A program made the translations under genes and the position numbers. The notes beneath the pieces are model-generated. The model did not search any database. It was not told where the DNA came from and worked only from the letters and a program-made list of their open reading frames with translations. A stretch of 64,000 nt of DNA from Planctomycetota bacterium. Its GTDB lineage: Bacteria; Planctomycetota; OFTM77. Position 1 is the first letter of the stretch. Every line of letters starts with the position of its first letter. Shown piece by piece: positions 9,566 to 19,099 of this stretch. The DNA lies in NCBI GenBank assembly GCA_029260795.1, contig JAJDCO010000125.1, forward strand, positions 39,866 to 103,865, given 5' to 3'.

Positions 9566-11683
9566 TCATTCCAACACGATCCGTGCATCGACCGCCACAC
9601 AGGACTTCGCCTGCTCGACTGCGAGGAAGGGGTTGATGTCGATCTCACGAATGCACTCGAAGTCTTGAACCAGCTGAGAGATACGCATCAACGCCTCGAC
9701 GATCGCTTCGATGCTGGCCGGTGCCTCGCCCCGAAAACCCTCGAGCAGCGGGTAGGCACGGATCGAACGCACCATCTCAGAGGCTTCGACATCGGTCACA
9801 GGACTGAGGCGGAGCGCCACGTCCTGGAGCACCTCCACGTAGATACCGCCGAGGCCAAAGGCGAGGATTGGGCCAAACACCGGGTCCTGCTTCATCCCCA
9901 AGATCAGCTCCCGCCCACCGCGTACCATTTCCTGAACCAGGATGCCGCCGAGCTCGAGATCCGGGCCACCATGGGTCTTCGCGTTTCGAACCAGGATGTG
10001 AAAGCCGTCCCGGATTGCATCCTCCCCTTGCACGTCCACCATCACGCCGCCGATGTCGCTCTTGTGTGCGACCGCGCGGGCGATCAGCTTCATCACGACA
10101 GCACCTTCGATCTGCGAGGCAAACTCCACCGCCTCGTCAGCCGACCGCACGAGCCGGTACGAAGCGGTACCGATCCCGTAGGCCTGCAGGACTTCATAGC
10201 CCTCCGGCTCGGAGAGATAGGGGTATCCGGCAGCCATCGCTCGCTCCAACACCGCAGCGGCTCGGGGACGATCGACGTCGAATTGCCGCACCGTTCCTTG
10301 TGGAGCTTCTCGGATCTCCCGATAACGCGTGAGAGCCACCAGCCCACGCACCGCCGACTCAGGAAACAGGAACACCGGCCGCAGGGCATCCTCTCGATCC
10401 CGAAGCGCCTCCAACACCACCTCTCGAGCTACGAAGCAGGCCAGCAAGGGCTTGTCGAACTCGACCGCGACCTCGGCGATGGCTTCGGCGACGGCCTGCG
10501 GCTCCCGAATCACGGGCTCCACGAAGATGGTCAGAGCCGCATCGATGTCGTCGCGCGCGAGAAGCGTCCGGAGGGTCCGTCGGAAATGGTCGGGAGTCGC
10601 ACTCCCTGTCAGGTCGACCGGATTCTTCAGGCTGGCCTCTGGAGGTGCATCCGGTCGCAAGAGCTCACGGACCTCCTCCGTGAGAGTGGGCACTTCCAGG
10701 CCCGAGCCCGCGAGGGCATCGGTCGCGAGAATCGCCGGGCCTCCCGCGTTCGTGACGACGACGACTCGACGACCCCGCGGTAGCGGCTGCGAGGCCAGCG
10801 AGCTGCCGACGTCGAAGAGTGCCTCGACGCTGTCGACACGCAACACGCCGCACTGGCTCAGCAAGGCATCGACGGCCAAGTCGGAACCGACCAGGGCGCC
10901 CGTGTGGCTGGACGCTGCGGCAGCACCGGCATGCGTTCGCCCCGCCTTCACGATCACGATCGGCTTGTGCGGTGTGATCTCTCGGGCGATGCGCACGAAA
11001 GCTCGCGGATCGCCGAAGCTCTCGAGGTAGAGGAGGATCACCCGGGTCAGCGGGTCGTCCCGCAGGTACTCGAGCACGTCGTTGGCGTTGACGTCCGGCT
11101 TGTTCCCGATGCTGATGAACTTCGACAAACCGACTTGGAGAGACTCCGCCTGATTCAGGATCGCGACACCCATCGCTCCGCTTTGCGAGATCAGCGCAAT
11201 CGGGCCCCGACCCGGGGCGACCGGCGCAAAGGTTCCGTTGAGCTGGAAGCTCGGATCGGTGTTGAGCACACCCATGCAGTTCGGACCGACCAAGCGCATC
11301 CCTCGCTCACGGACGAGCTCGACCAGCACTCGCTCTCTTTCGCGGCCGTCGCCACCAATCTCCGCGAAGCCGGCCGTGATGACCACCAGCCCGCCAACGC
11401 TCTTCTCCGCGCAATCGCGAGCAACGTCCAACACTTGCGCAGCCGGGACGACCAGGATCGCGAGATCGACGGCGTCCGGGATGTCGACGACGCTCGGGTA
11501 GCACTTGAGCCCGTGAATCGAGGAGGCATGCGGATTGACCGGGAAGATGATCCCGCTGAAGTCCCCGGCCAGGAGATTGTGCAGGACGACCCGACCGAGG
11601 GAGTCCGGCTGGCGCGAGGCGCCCACGACCGCCACGGAGCGGGGACGGAAGATCGCGTCGAGAGAAGCTGGCGAGCTCGACAT
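9566..11683 (-). CDS. Acetate--CoA ligase (ADP-forming) / NDP-forming acyl-CoA synthetase, fused alpha and beta domains
   Basis: CoA-binding N-terminus SVAVVGASRQPDSLG. Succinyl-CoA-synthetase-like flavodoxin domain. C-terminal ATP-grasp region. 705 aa, which is typical for the family. Confidence 0.85.
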   Translation of the reverse strand: MSSSPASLDAIFRPRSVAVVGASRQPDSLGRVVLHNLLAGDFSGIIFPVNPHASSIHGLKCYPSVVDIPDAVDLAILVVPAAQVLDVARDCAEKSVGGLVVITAGFAEIGGDGRERERVLVELVRERGMRLVGPNCMGVLNTDPSFQLNGTFAPVAPGRGPIALISQSGAMGVAILNQAESLQVGLSKFISIGNKPDVNANDVLEYLRDDPLTRVILLYLESFGDPRAFVRIAREITPHKPIVIVKAGRTHAGAAAASSHTGALVGSDLAVDALLSQCGVLRVDSVEALFDVGSSLASQPLPRGRRVVVVTNAGGPAILATDALAGSGLEVPTLTEEVRELLRPDAPPEASLKNPVDLTGSATPDHFRRTLRTLLARDDIDAALTIFVEPVIREPQAVAEAIAEVAVEFDKPLLACFVAREVVLEALRDREDALRPVFLFPESAVRGLVALTRYREIREAPQGTVRQFDVDRPRAAAVLERAMAAGYPYLSEPEGYEVLQAYGIGTASYRLVRSADEAVEFASQIEGAVVMKLIARAVAHKSDIGGVMVDVQGEDAIRDGFHILVRNAKTHGGPDLELGGILVQEMVRGGRELILGMKQDPVFGPILAFGLGGIYVEVLQDVALRLSPVTDVEASEMVRSIRAYPLLEGFRGEAPASIEAIVEALMRISQLVQDFECIREIDINPFLAVEQAKSCVAVDARIVLE

Positions 11684-11942
11684 GGAAGTCGTTATCCTGC
11701 GGGGTGTTGACGTGCTTGGAAGATACCCGGACGATCATCGCGACGGAGCCTCGGTTCCGCCGCGTCGCAACCCCTCGTCGGTTGGCGAAGTCCCTTCATA
11801 CGCCGAGAGTGGTTGTGCGGCAAGCGCGGTCGCGCGTCCCCGGGGCCCGGATGCCAACCTTTCGCCGTCTCGAACGTTGGAAGGGAGTCACCCTGCGGTC
11901 GTGATCGTGTCTGTGCCCCACGCACCGCTGCTGAGCCCGTGA

Positions 11943-13745
11943 ATGTCGGCTAGATCGTCCATCGCCGGGAGCCACTCTTCGAGGAAGAAGTCAGAGATGA
12001 ATGGGATGAATGCTCGCCGCCTCTTGATCGTGGTCGGCCTTCTGTCGACTCTGCTTCTGTCGACCACGCCAGCCGCCGCGGACGATCTCAAGTCCGCGGT
12101 CGATCGCGCGATCCGATGGTTGAACGCTCGAGAGAACGATGAGGGATCCTTCGGATCCGGCGATCGACGGCTGACTGTCACGGCTGCGGTGCTCGCAGCC
12201 TATGCCCACAGCCCTCGCCAGTATCGGGAAGACGATGGCCCCTTCGTGCGGCGCCCCCTGGGGTACCTGCTCTCTCAGCAATCGACGGACGGATCTTTTG
12301 GCTCCGATGACCAGAAGGTCCAGGCCACTGGGCTTGCCATCGAAGCGCTCGAGGCTCTCGGAGCGGATCGGCACGCTTCGGCTCTCGAGCGAGCTCGTCA
12401 GTTCCTCGGCGTGCGGGCTTCCCGCGACGGAGTTCGCAGCTACTTCAAGGCCGTCGGCCTGCCGGATGATTCCGCAGCCTGGGCTCGAGGACGCGACGAG
12501 GTTCAGGCGCTCGTCAGATCACAGTTGGCGAGCGGGGCCTGGTCGAGAGCGGGCTCCCAATCACCCGATGTCGAGCGCACGGCCGGTGCGGCGTTGCTCT
12601 TGTCTCTGGCCGCTCGGTCCAGCTCCTCCCGGACCGAGACGACTCTCCGACGTTCGGCGGGGCTGGGTGCCGCCGAGCGCGGAGTGACCTTCCTGCTGAG
12701 CCAGCAGAAGGAGGGTCGGTGGATGATCGAGGGCCAGGCGGATCTCGGCCTGACCGGAATGGCGTTGACGGCGGTCCTCATGAGCCCTCAGCGGCCGGAA
12801 GGATCGGACGCCGTCATCGAACAAGCACTCGACTTCATTCGCTCGAGCGTCCAGTCGGACGGCGGCATCCACCAGGGTCGCGTGCAAAACTACGTGACCT
12901 GCGTCTCACTCATGGCCCTCAAGCAAGCCGGTCGCCCGGAAGACCGAGAGCGCATCAGGCGAGCGGCTCGGTACATCGAGAGCCTGCAAGCGAACGGCGA
13001 CCAAGGATACGAGCCGGATGACAAGTTCTACGGCGGCATCGGATACGGCGGAGATCAGCGCCCGGATCTCTCGAACCTTCAGTTCTCGCTCGAAGCACTG
13101 ACATCGGCGGGAGTCTCGCCCGAGGATCAGGCGATTCGAGATGCGCTCGTGTTCCTGCAGCGCTGCCAGAATCGGAGTGAGTCGAACCCGAATCCGGTCA
13201 AGACGTCTGACGGCCGGACGATGCGTGCCGGTAACGACGGCGGCTCCGCGTACTACCCCGGCAACAGCGACGCGGGGTACATCAAGAACCCGGATGGCAC
13301 CTTCACGGCGCGCTCGTATGGCAGCATGACCTACGCCCTACTGCGAGGGTACCTCTTTGCCGGGCTGTCTCCCGACGACCCTCGAGTCCAGGAGGCCGTT
13401 GGCTGGATCTCCCGCAACTACACGGTCGAGTACAACCCTGGCTTCGACACACACAAGAACACCAAGCTGGCCTATCAAGGGCTCTACTACTACTACCTCA
13501 CGATGGCCAAAGCTCTGGCCGGTCTCGAGCTGGACTTCGTCGTGGATGAAAGCGGTGAGAAGCAGGACTGGCGGAGTGACCTCGTCAACAAGTTGACCGA
13601 GCTGCAACGCGCCGACGGTGCTTGGATCAACGACGACGCCGAGCGTTGGTGGGAAGGCAATCCCGTTCTCGCGACCGCCTATGCCGTTCAGACCTTGGCG
13701 GTGTGCCTACCGAATGACGAGGAGACCGACCACGAGAATCGCTGA
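11943..13745 (+). CDS. Secreted prenyltransferase/squalene-oxidase-repeat (terpenoid-cyclase-fold) protein
   Basis: Signal peptide MNARRLLIVVGLLSTLLLSTTPAAA; the true start is probably at 11997 or 12006. Repeated ...DGSFGS... alpha-alpha toroid motifs. Confidence 0.55.
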   Translation: MSARSSIAGSHSSRKKSEMNGMNARRLLIVVGLLSTLLLSTTPAAADDLKSAVDRAIRWLNARENDEGSFGSGDRRLTVTAAVLAAYAHSPRQYREDDGPFVRRPLGYLLSQQSTDGSFGSDDQKVQATGLAIEALEALGADRHASALERARQFLGVRASRDGVRSYFKAVGLPDDSAAWARGRDEVQALVRSQLASGAWSRAGSQSPDVERTAGAALLLSLAARSSSSRTETTLRRSAGLGAAERGVTFLLSQQKEGRWMIEGQADLGLTGMALTAVLMSPQRPEGSDAVIEQALDFIRSSVQSDGGIHQGRVQNYVTCVSLMALKQAGRPEDRERIRRAARYIESLQANGDQGYEPDDKFYGGIGYGGDQRPDLSNLQFSLEALTSAGVSPEDQAIRDALVFLQRCQNRSESNPNPVKTSDGRTMRAGNDGGSAYYPGNSDAGYIKNPDGTFTARSYGSMTYALLRGYLFAGLSPDDPRVQEAVGWISRNYTVEYNPGFDTHKNTKLAYQGLYYYYLTMAKALAGLELDFVVDESGEKQDWRSDLVNKLTELQRADGAWINDDAERWWEGNPVLATAYAVQTLAVCLPNDEETDHENR

Positions 13746-13793
13746 CGTCGAAGCTCTGACACCGTTACCGCGCGAGCCGCTCCTGCCGGGAGC

Positions 13794-14249
13794 TTGGAGC
13801 GGCTCAGGCCGATTCGCTCCGACAGACTCTTGCGAGTGATCTTCCCCCGTGGTCGTGGACACCTTGGTTATGCCGCGAACACGGCGAAGAAGCCGCGCGC
13901 CCATCCTGCTCTGACCAAGCTCCGTCGATTGTCGGCAGCTTTCCCCGAGACCGCCGAGGTCGAGGCCTGGGGACATCCAACCTTTCGGGCCGGAAAGAAG
14001 ATCTTCGCCACCTTTGGTGAGCACCAGGGTGAGGCGACGATCGGTGTGAAGCAGACGCGAGCCGACCAGGGCCACCGGGTGCAGGAGGACGGCTTCTTCG
14101 TACCTCCCTATGTCGGTCAACACGGATGGGTCGGCATCTGCGTCGACCGTATCGATTGGTCGATGGTGACCGCGTTGGTCGAGCAAAGCTATCGACTGGT
14201 TGCCTTGAAGCGGATGATCAAGGCACTCGACTCGGACGAGACGCGGTGA
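13794..14249 (+). CDS. MmcQ/YjbR-family protein
   Basis: AFPETAEVEAWGHPTFRAGKKIFATF matches the YjbR N-terminal signature (compare E. coli YjbR AKPGAEQSV...W...IKV...FAM). The start is uncertain: there is no in-frame ATG near the conserved block, the 5' part overlaps the dispersed repeat, and it may use GTG at 13836 or TTG/CTG near 13900. Confidence 0.5.
   Translation: MERLRPIRSDRLLRVIFPRGRGHLGYAANTAKKPRAHPALTKLRRLSAAFPETAEVEAWGHPTFRAGKKIFATFGEHQGEATIGVKQTRADQGHRVQEDGFFVPPYVGQHGWVGICVDRIDWSMVTALVEQSYRLVALKRMIKALDSDETR
13834..13887. repeat. Copy A of a dispersed 54-bp repeat: GAGTGATCTTCCCCCGTGGTCGTGGACACCTTGGTTATGCCGCGAACACGGCGA
   Basis: 51 of 54 positions identical to 56692..56745. The flanks are unrelated and the boundaries are sharp. 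Confidence 0.6.
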
Positions 14250-14262
14250 CCGAACACCATCT

Positions 14263-15234
14263 CTACCAGAGATCTTCGAAGAATCGCTCGACCAGGCTGG
14301 CGAAGCTCGCCTCATCCAACGAGCCGATCGCGAGCTCTTTCCAGAGCGTGGCCTCGTCGATGTCCTCGTACACGCTTCGGTCGCCGAGGAAGATCTCGCC
14401 GCCCGTCTCGAAGTATCCCGCGCCCGTTGCCGTCAGCTCACCTCGATCACGACTCTTGGGGAAGACGTAGGCTTCGTCTCGATTGAGCAGAAGAGTGTGA
14501 GGAACGTCGTCCTCCTGCAACACGGAGACGAAGCGAGAGGCGGCGGCGAGTCGCTCCTTGGGATCGGGCTCCGAGATCACCAACGCCCTGAGCGGATAAT
14601 TGGTCAGCCGCTCGATCTTCGGATCCGCAGCTCGAAGCTCCTGCCGCGTCGCTCGCTGCACGGGCATTTCGGCGCCCGGGTAGTCGAAGGCATGAAAGTG
14701 GAGGTGGTTGATCGATGCCCAGGAGCCGAGGCTGTTGAAGCCGACCCAGAACGACGGCGAGGACGAGAGCTCGATGACGAGCTGTGCGTCTTTGAGAGCG
14801 GCCGGCGTGAGGTGCTGCGGTCGCCGAGCCGACGGGTCCGGAATCAAGATGCTGTGCCCCGGCAAGATCGGTGCATAGTTCACGTTGATTGTGATGGGAC
14901 GCGGCTCGACCTCGAGCTCGAAAAGCCTTTGCAGGGGGTGCGTCGCCTGGATCGTCAGGAAGTCGTTGTCACTCTCCTCGGAGCGAGCCAACACGGGAGT
15001 CTCGTCTCGCCAGGGGCGCTCGAGATCCTGCTCCTTCCGAGCACGCCCCGGGTTGAACTGCACGGCTAGGCGGCCGACCGAACGGCGCTCGAGGTGCTCG
15101 ATCCCGTATCGGATCACACCACGCTGCTCGCGATCCGCCCACAGCGAGTGGAGCTGCGCGTCGAATGCGAAGTCACCCAGCGGGCATTCCACCACCTCGT
15201 CCGCGTCTTGGAAGATCCGCACCACTCCGACCAC
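14263..15234 (-). CDS. HIT-superfamily GDP-L-galactose / GDP-D-glucose phosphorylase-like protein (VTC2/GDPGP1 homolog, DUF4922-like)
   Basis: HIT-like HLHFHA motif. 323 aa. Overall resemblance to the VTC2/GDPGP1 family. Confidence 0.45.
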   Translation of the reverse strand: MVGVVRIFQDADEVVECPLGDFAFDAQLHSLWADREQRGVIRYGIEHLERRSVGRLAVQFNPGRARKEQDLERPWRDETPVLARSEESDNDFLTIQATHPLQRLFELEVEPRPITINVNYAPILPGHSILIPDPSARRPQHLTPAALKDAQLVIELSSSPSFWVGFNSLGSWASINHLHFHAFDYPGAEMPVQRATRQELRAADPKIERLTNYPLRALVISEPDPKERLAAASRFVSVLQEDDVPHTLLLNRDEAYVFPKSRDRGELTATGAGYFETGGEIFLGDRSVYEDIDEATLWKELAIGSLDEASFASLVERFFEDLW

Positions 15235-15381
15235 GGGACTCTGCCTTCTCTCTCATCCGGTCCTGCTCGAGCCGTCAATCCACTGCCGAGCCACCGGCTC
15301 GGGGCTGCGCAGGCTAGGCGGAAAGGGCCGGCGTGACAATCCAAACTCCAAGGGAACGAGACTCGGAGCCAAAGTTTCTCA

Positions 15382-16599
15382 TCAGGGACGACCGGTCGGA
15401 GCCGGGCCGCGAACGAAATCGGCCAGCTCACGGCTTCGGGCCCGACCGTCGCGCTCACCCAGCTCGATCAGCCGCGCCACGTAGGCCGGATCGAACATCA
15501 ACGTGCTCAGAAAGTCGTGGCTGCGCGCTTGATCGGTTCCGAATCGGCGCAAGAAGAACCGCAGAGTGCGAGGCAATCTCGCCTCGTGCTCCCGCGCCAT
15601 CTCGCCCAGATTCTCTGAGGGGCGCACGACCATGAGATCCACCTCCCGAAGCCCCATGCGCTCCTCGACCGGAACATGGCGGAGCAGACGATTGACTCGC
15701 TCGAGGTGGCGCAGATCTTGATCCAACTCATCGTTGAAGATGTGGTTGTACAACGACGCCAGGATCAAGGCGGGCGAAGGTGCCTCGTCTTGGGTGACCG
15801 AAGCCTCGGCGTCGGATCCCGTGAAGTGCGTCGAGATCGCCAAGATACGCCCCGCGCCCAGGTGCAGAATCGGCCCCAAGGGCGCCACCAAGCGGATGCC
15901 GCCATCCCCGTACCAGCAGGTGTCGATGCGGACGGGCGGAAAGAGCAGCGGCAGGGCGGCCGAAGCCATCACGTGATCGAGTCCGAGCCGGACCGTCCGG
16001 CTCTCTCGCCTCGGCCGCTCCCAAGGTGTGACCTCGGGACCCGCCACGAAGGTCACGGTTCGCCCGCGAGTGAAGCAAAAGGTCGTGATGCCGACGCCCC
16101 GCAGGCGACCCGCCGCGAGATTGGCCTCGACTCCCGGCAGCCGCCCGTCGTCTCCAACCTTCAAGGCATCGCTCAAGAACGCCCGCAGAGGTCGATTGTC
16201 GACCATGCTGCGCGCGCGCCGCGAGCCGGGCGGCGTCCCGATCGAGAGATGCACGGCCGCCCCGAGCATTCTTCCGACGACCCGGAACAGGCCGGTCTCG
16301 ATCACGTGGGTGATGTCCAGCCCAGCCCAGAGAGCGCGCAAGCCGTCGGTCGCGGCTGCCAAGCCCATCTCTTGGTTGGCGAGGAAGGCGACGTTGATCG
16401 AGCCCGCCGACACGCCCCCGAGGAAGGGAGGCGCCATCTCGGGACAGCTCTCGGCCAAGGCCCGCAGCACCCCCACCTGGTAGGCGGCCCGCGCACCGCC
16501 TCCCCCCAAGAGGATCCCGAGCTCGGTCCGCGGAGCCTCGGAGCGACAAGGCGAGCCGGTGGGGGATCGGGCAGCCGACGGACGAGATTCCGGGGACAT
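15382..16599 (-). CDS. Patatin-like phospholipase
   Basis: Oxyanion GGGGARAAYQVG, nucleophile elbow GVSAGS, catalytic DGG. The N-terminal extension probably reflects a non-ATG start. Confidence 0.8.
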   Translation of the reverse strand: MSPESRPSAARSPTGSPCRSEAPRTELGILLGGGGARAAYQVGVLRALAESCPEMAPPFLGGVSAGSINVAFLANQEMGLAAATDGLRALWAGLDITHVIETGLFRVVGRMLGAAVHLSIGTPPGSRRARSMVDNRPLRAFLSDALKVGDDGRLPGVEANLAAGRLRGVGITTFCFTRGRTVTFVAGPEVTPWERPRRESRTVRLGLDHVMASAALPLLFPPVRIDTCWYGDGGIRLVAPLGPILHLGAGRILAISTHFTGSDAEASVTQDEAPSPALILASLYNHIFNDELDQDLRHLERVNRLLRHVPVEERMGLREVDLMVVRPSENLGEMAREHEARLPRTLRFFLRRFGTDQARSHDFLSTLMFDPAYVARLIELGERDGRARSRELADFVRGPAPTGRP

Positions 16600-16873
16600 G
16601 GTTCAGGCTCGACATGCAGAAGGTTTCGAGAGCGACGTCGCTGATTCTGCCTCGACTGAGACCGGCCGTCGAGTCACACGTCGCCGCCCGTATCCCTGGA
16701 AGTCGTCGAAGCGCTCGGCCGGTCGAGGGCAGCACGACGGTTGCCGAGGTCGTGAGCGACACGGCGGGATTTCGTCTAGTATCCGACTGAGGAGCGAGAT
16801 TCCGGCCGCTCGCATCCGAGCCCGACGAGAAGAGGCTGGACCCGGCGCGAACCGACTGCGAAGTGAGACGACC

Positions 16874-17422
16874 ATGCCAAGCGTTCAAGAGCGTCCCGAC
16901 TCTCAACTGGAAGAGTGTCACCTGATCGACGTACGGACCCCCGCCGAGTTCTCGGCGGCCTGGATCCCGGGCTCGACCAACGTTCCGCTCGGAGACTTGT
17001 CCGGCTCACTCGACGCATTGCGTTCCCAGGCGGCCGAGCGTCCCCTGCTTCTCGTGTGCCGCACGGCGAACCGCGCCGAGAAGGCTCGCCAGATCCTCGA
17101 GCAGGCGGGCATCACGAACACGCGGGTCTTGGCCGGCGGGCTCGAAGCATGGACGGCGGCCGGTCAGTCCGTCGCGACCGGCCAAGCATCCGGCATGTCA
17201 CTGGAGCGTCAGGTGCGAATCGTGGCCGGGACCCTGGTCGTCGTCGGCGTGATCTTGAGCTTCGCGGTGCATCCGCTCTTCAGCCTCCTGTCCGGCTTCA
17301 TCGGTGCGGGATTGGTCTTCGCCGGCGTCACCGATACGTGCGGCATGGGCATGGTCCTCTCGAAGATGCCGTGGAATCGCCGATCGACACCGACGGCGTG
17401 CTCGGCACCGCTCAACCACTGA
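16874..17422 (+). CDS. Rhodanese-domain protein with C-terminal DUF2892-like membrane segment (YgaP-like)
   Basis: Active-site loop CRTANR (CX4R). Hydrophobic C-terminus. ATG at 16874; the ORF track start at 16559 adds ~105 aa of low-complexity shadow. Confidence 0.7.
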   Translation: MPSVQERPDSQLEECHLIDVRTPAEFSAAWIPGSTNVPLGDLSGSLDALRSQAAERPLLLVCRTANRAEKARQILEQAGITNTRVLAGGLEAWTAAGQSVATGQASGMSLERQVRIVAGTLVVVGVILSFAVHPLFSLLSGFIGAGLVFAGVTDTCGMGMVLSKMPWNRRSTPTACSAPLNH

Positions 17423-17572
17423 CAGTCAGCGACCTGGCGCCGATGTTGGCGATGTGGGCTCGAATCTGTCAGGATCCGCGGCCCGAATGATCTCTTCCGC
17501 TTCGAGTGAAGCGCGGAGGCGATCGTCTAGGACGCGGTAAGGACTCGGGACAAGGATAGGGCGAGGGAGCGA

Positions 17573-18169
17573 ATGACCCGGCTGAGCTGCTTTGGATCCA
17601 TGGTCGCACTGTCGCTGCTCACCGGTTGCTACTCCCCCATGATGACCCAGCCCGGACGGACTGCGATCGAGCAGCAGGTCACCGCGGCGGCCATCCAGGC
17701 TTGTGTCGACCAACTCGATACGCGAGACATCGATCGAGCAGTCGCCTATCGGCTTTCGGTGAGCACCCTCGAAGACGTCGACCTCGACTGGGTGCGTGCC
17801 TGCGTCCAGGACCGCTTGTTTCGGGATGGCATTCGGGTGACGGAGGATCCCACCGCACTCGGTCACATCGAAGCCGTGGTCGCTTTCGCCGGTGCCGACT
17901 ACGAGAGCACGCTCATCGGTATCCCGCTCTTCGTTCCCGGCACGCCCGTCGCCCTGGGAGACATCTCCCTCTACAAGTCACGAACCCAGATCGGTCGAGC
18001 ACGACTGGCACTGCATGTCTGGCGAGAAGGCCACTTGGCCTTGATCGTCCCAGAGGTGCAAGACAGCCGCTACTTCAAGAACGAGTCGTATCTGACTGTC
18101 ATCGGCAGCTTCGTCAGCACCAACATCGCCGACTTCCGAGCGCCCGGCGACGAGCAAGACGACGAGTAG
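17573..18169 (+). CDS. Lipoprotein of unknown function
   Basis: Signal peptide plus lipobox LLTGC. Confidence 0.45.
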   Translation: MTRLSCFGSMVALSLLTGCYSPMMTQPGRTAIEQQVTAAAIQACVDQLDTRDIDRAVAYRLSVSTLEDVDLDWVRACVQDRLFRDGIRVTEDPTALGHIEAVVAFAGADYESTLIGIPLFVPGTPVALGDISLYKSRTQIGRARLALHVWREGHLALIVPEVQDSRYFKNESYLTVIGSFVSTNIADFRAPGDEQDDE

Positions 18170-18234
18170 CGACGAGTCCCCGACGCTCTCGTCCCGGCAC
18201 CTGGCATTCTTCGATTCCGCAACAGGACCGCATC

Positions 18235-19065
18235 ATGATTTGGGCTCTGCTCGGCGCGCTCGCGATCGGCCTCAGCCTCGGGCTGATGGGGTCGGGCGGC
18301 TCGATCCTCACCGTGCCCGTTCTCACGCTCGTCCTCGGACAAGAAGAGAAAGTCGCCATCGCGGGCTCGCTGGCGATCGTGGGAGGCATCGCGCTCTTGG
18401 CGGGCTTGCCCTACGCTCGCCAGCGCTTGGTCGACTATCGGAGCCTCGTCTTCTTCGGGCTGCCCGGCATGGCGGGCAGCTACCTGGGCGCCACTCTGGC
18501 CGGCTTCGTCTCCGGGTCTCTGCAGCTCGTCGTCTTCGCAGGACTGATGCTGGTCGCGGGCGTCATGATGCTCCGCCCGCCGCGTCTCGTCGAAGGTCTC
18601 ACCCGGCGTCGCGCGATTTGGAAGATCGCGATCGACGGCGTCGTGGTGGGCATGATCACCGGCTTCGTCGGGGTCGGCGGCGGCTTCATGATCGTACCCG
18701 CGCTGGTGCTGCTCGGAGGGCTGCCGATGAGCAAGGCGATCGGGACGAGCCTGTTCATCATCGCCTTGAAGTCGGCGAGCGGCTTCGTCAAGTACCTCGA
18801 CGTGCTCGATGACTTGGGTCTTTCACTCGACTGGCAGGTGATCGGGATCTTCACGGCCCTCGGCATCGTCGGCAGCTTCGTCGGAAACCTCATCAGCACA
18901 CGCGTACCGCAGGCCGCCCTGAGGCGCGGCTTCGCGATCTTCCTCTTCGTGATCGGCACCTTCATCGTCCTCCGAAGCCTGAGCGACCTGACCGGGGAAT
19001 CCGCTGCCGCGAGCTCCGAAGAGCCGGCAGCAGCCACCGAGACTTCCATGACAGACGGTCATTGA
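18235..19065 (+). CDS. TauE/SafE-family sulfite/anion exporter
   Basis: MIWALLGALAIGLSLGLMGSGGSILTVPVL. Two-fold repeated 4-TM architecture. Start at ATG 18235 is in frame with the long track ORF. Confidence 0.75.
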   Translation: MIWALLGALAIGLSLGLMGSGGSILTVPVLTLVLGQEEKVAIAGSLAIVGGIALLAGLPYARQRLVDYRSLVFFGLPGMAGSYLGATLAGFVSGSLQLVVFAGLMLVAGVMMLRPPRLVEGLTRRRAIWKIAIDGVVVGMITGFVGVGGGFMIVPALVLLGGLPMSKAIGTSLFIIALKSASGFVKYLDVLDDLGLSLDWQVIGIFTALGIVGSFVGNLISTRVPQAALRRGFAIFLFVIGTFIVLRSLSDLTGESAAASSEEPAAATETSMTDGH

Positions 19066-19099
19066 GCTCGCCGTCGCCGATCGCTCGATTCGAAAACGA

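Noticed and set aside
17626-19065. 479-aa + ORF as annotated in the track
   Set aside because: Only the last 276 aa (from ATG 18235) form the TauE/SafE protein. The upstream 200 aa are Arg-rich shadow overlapping the lipoprotein gene in another frame.
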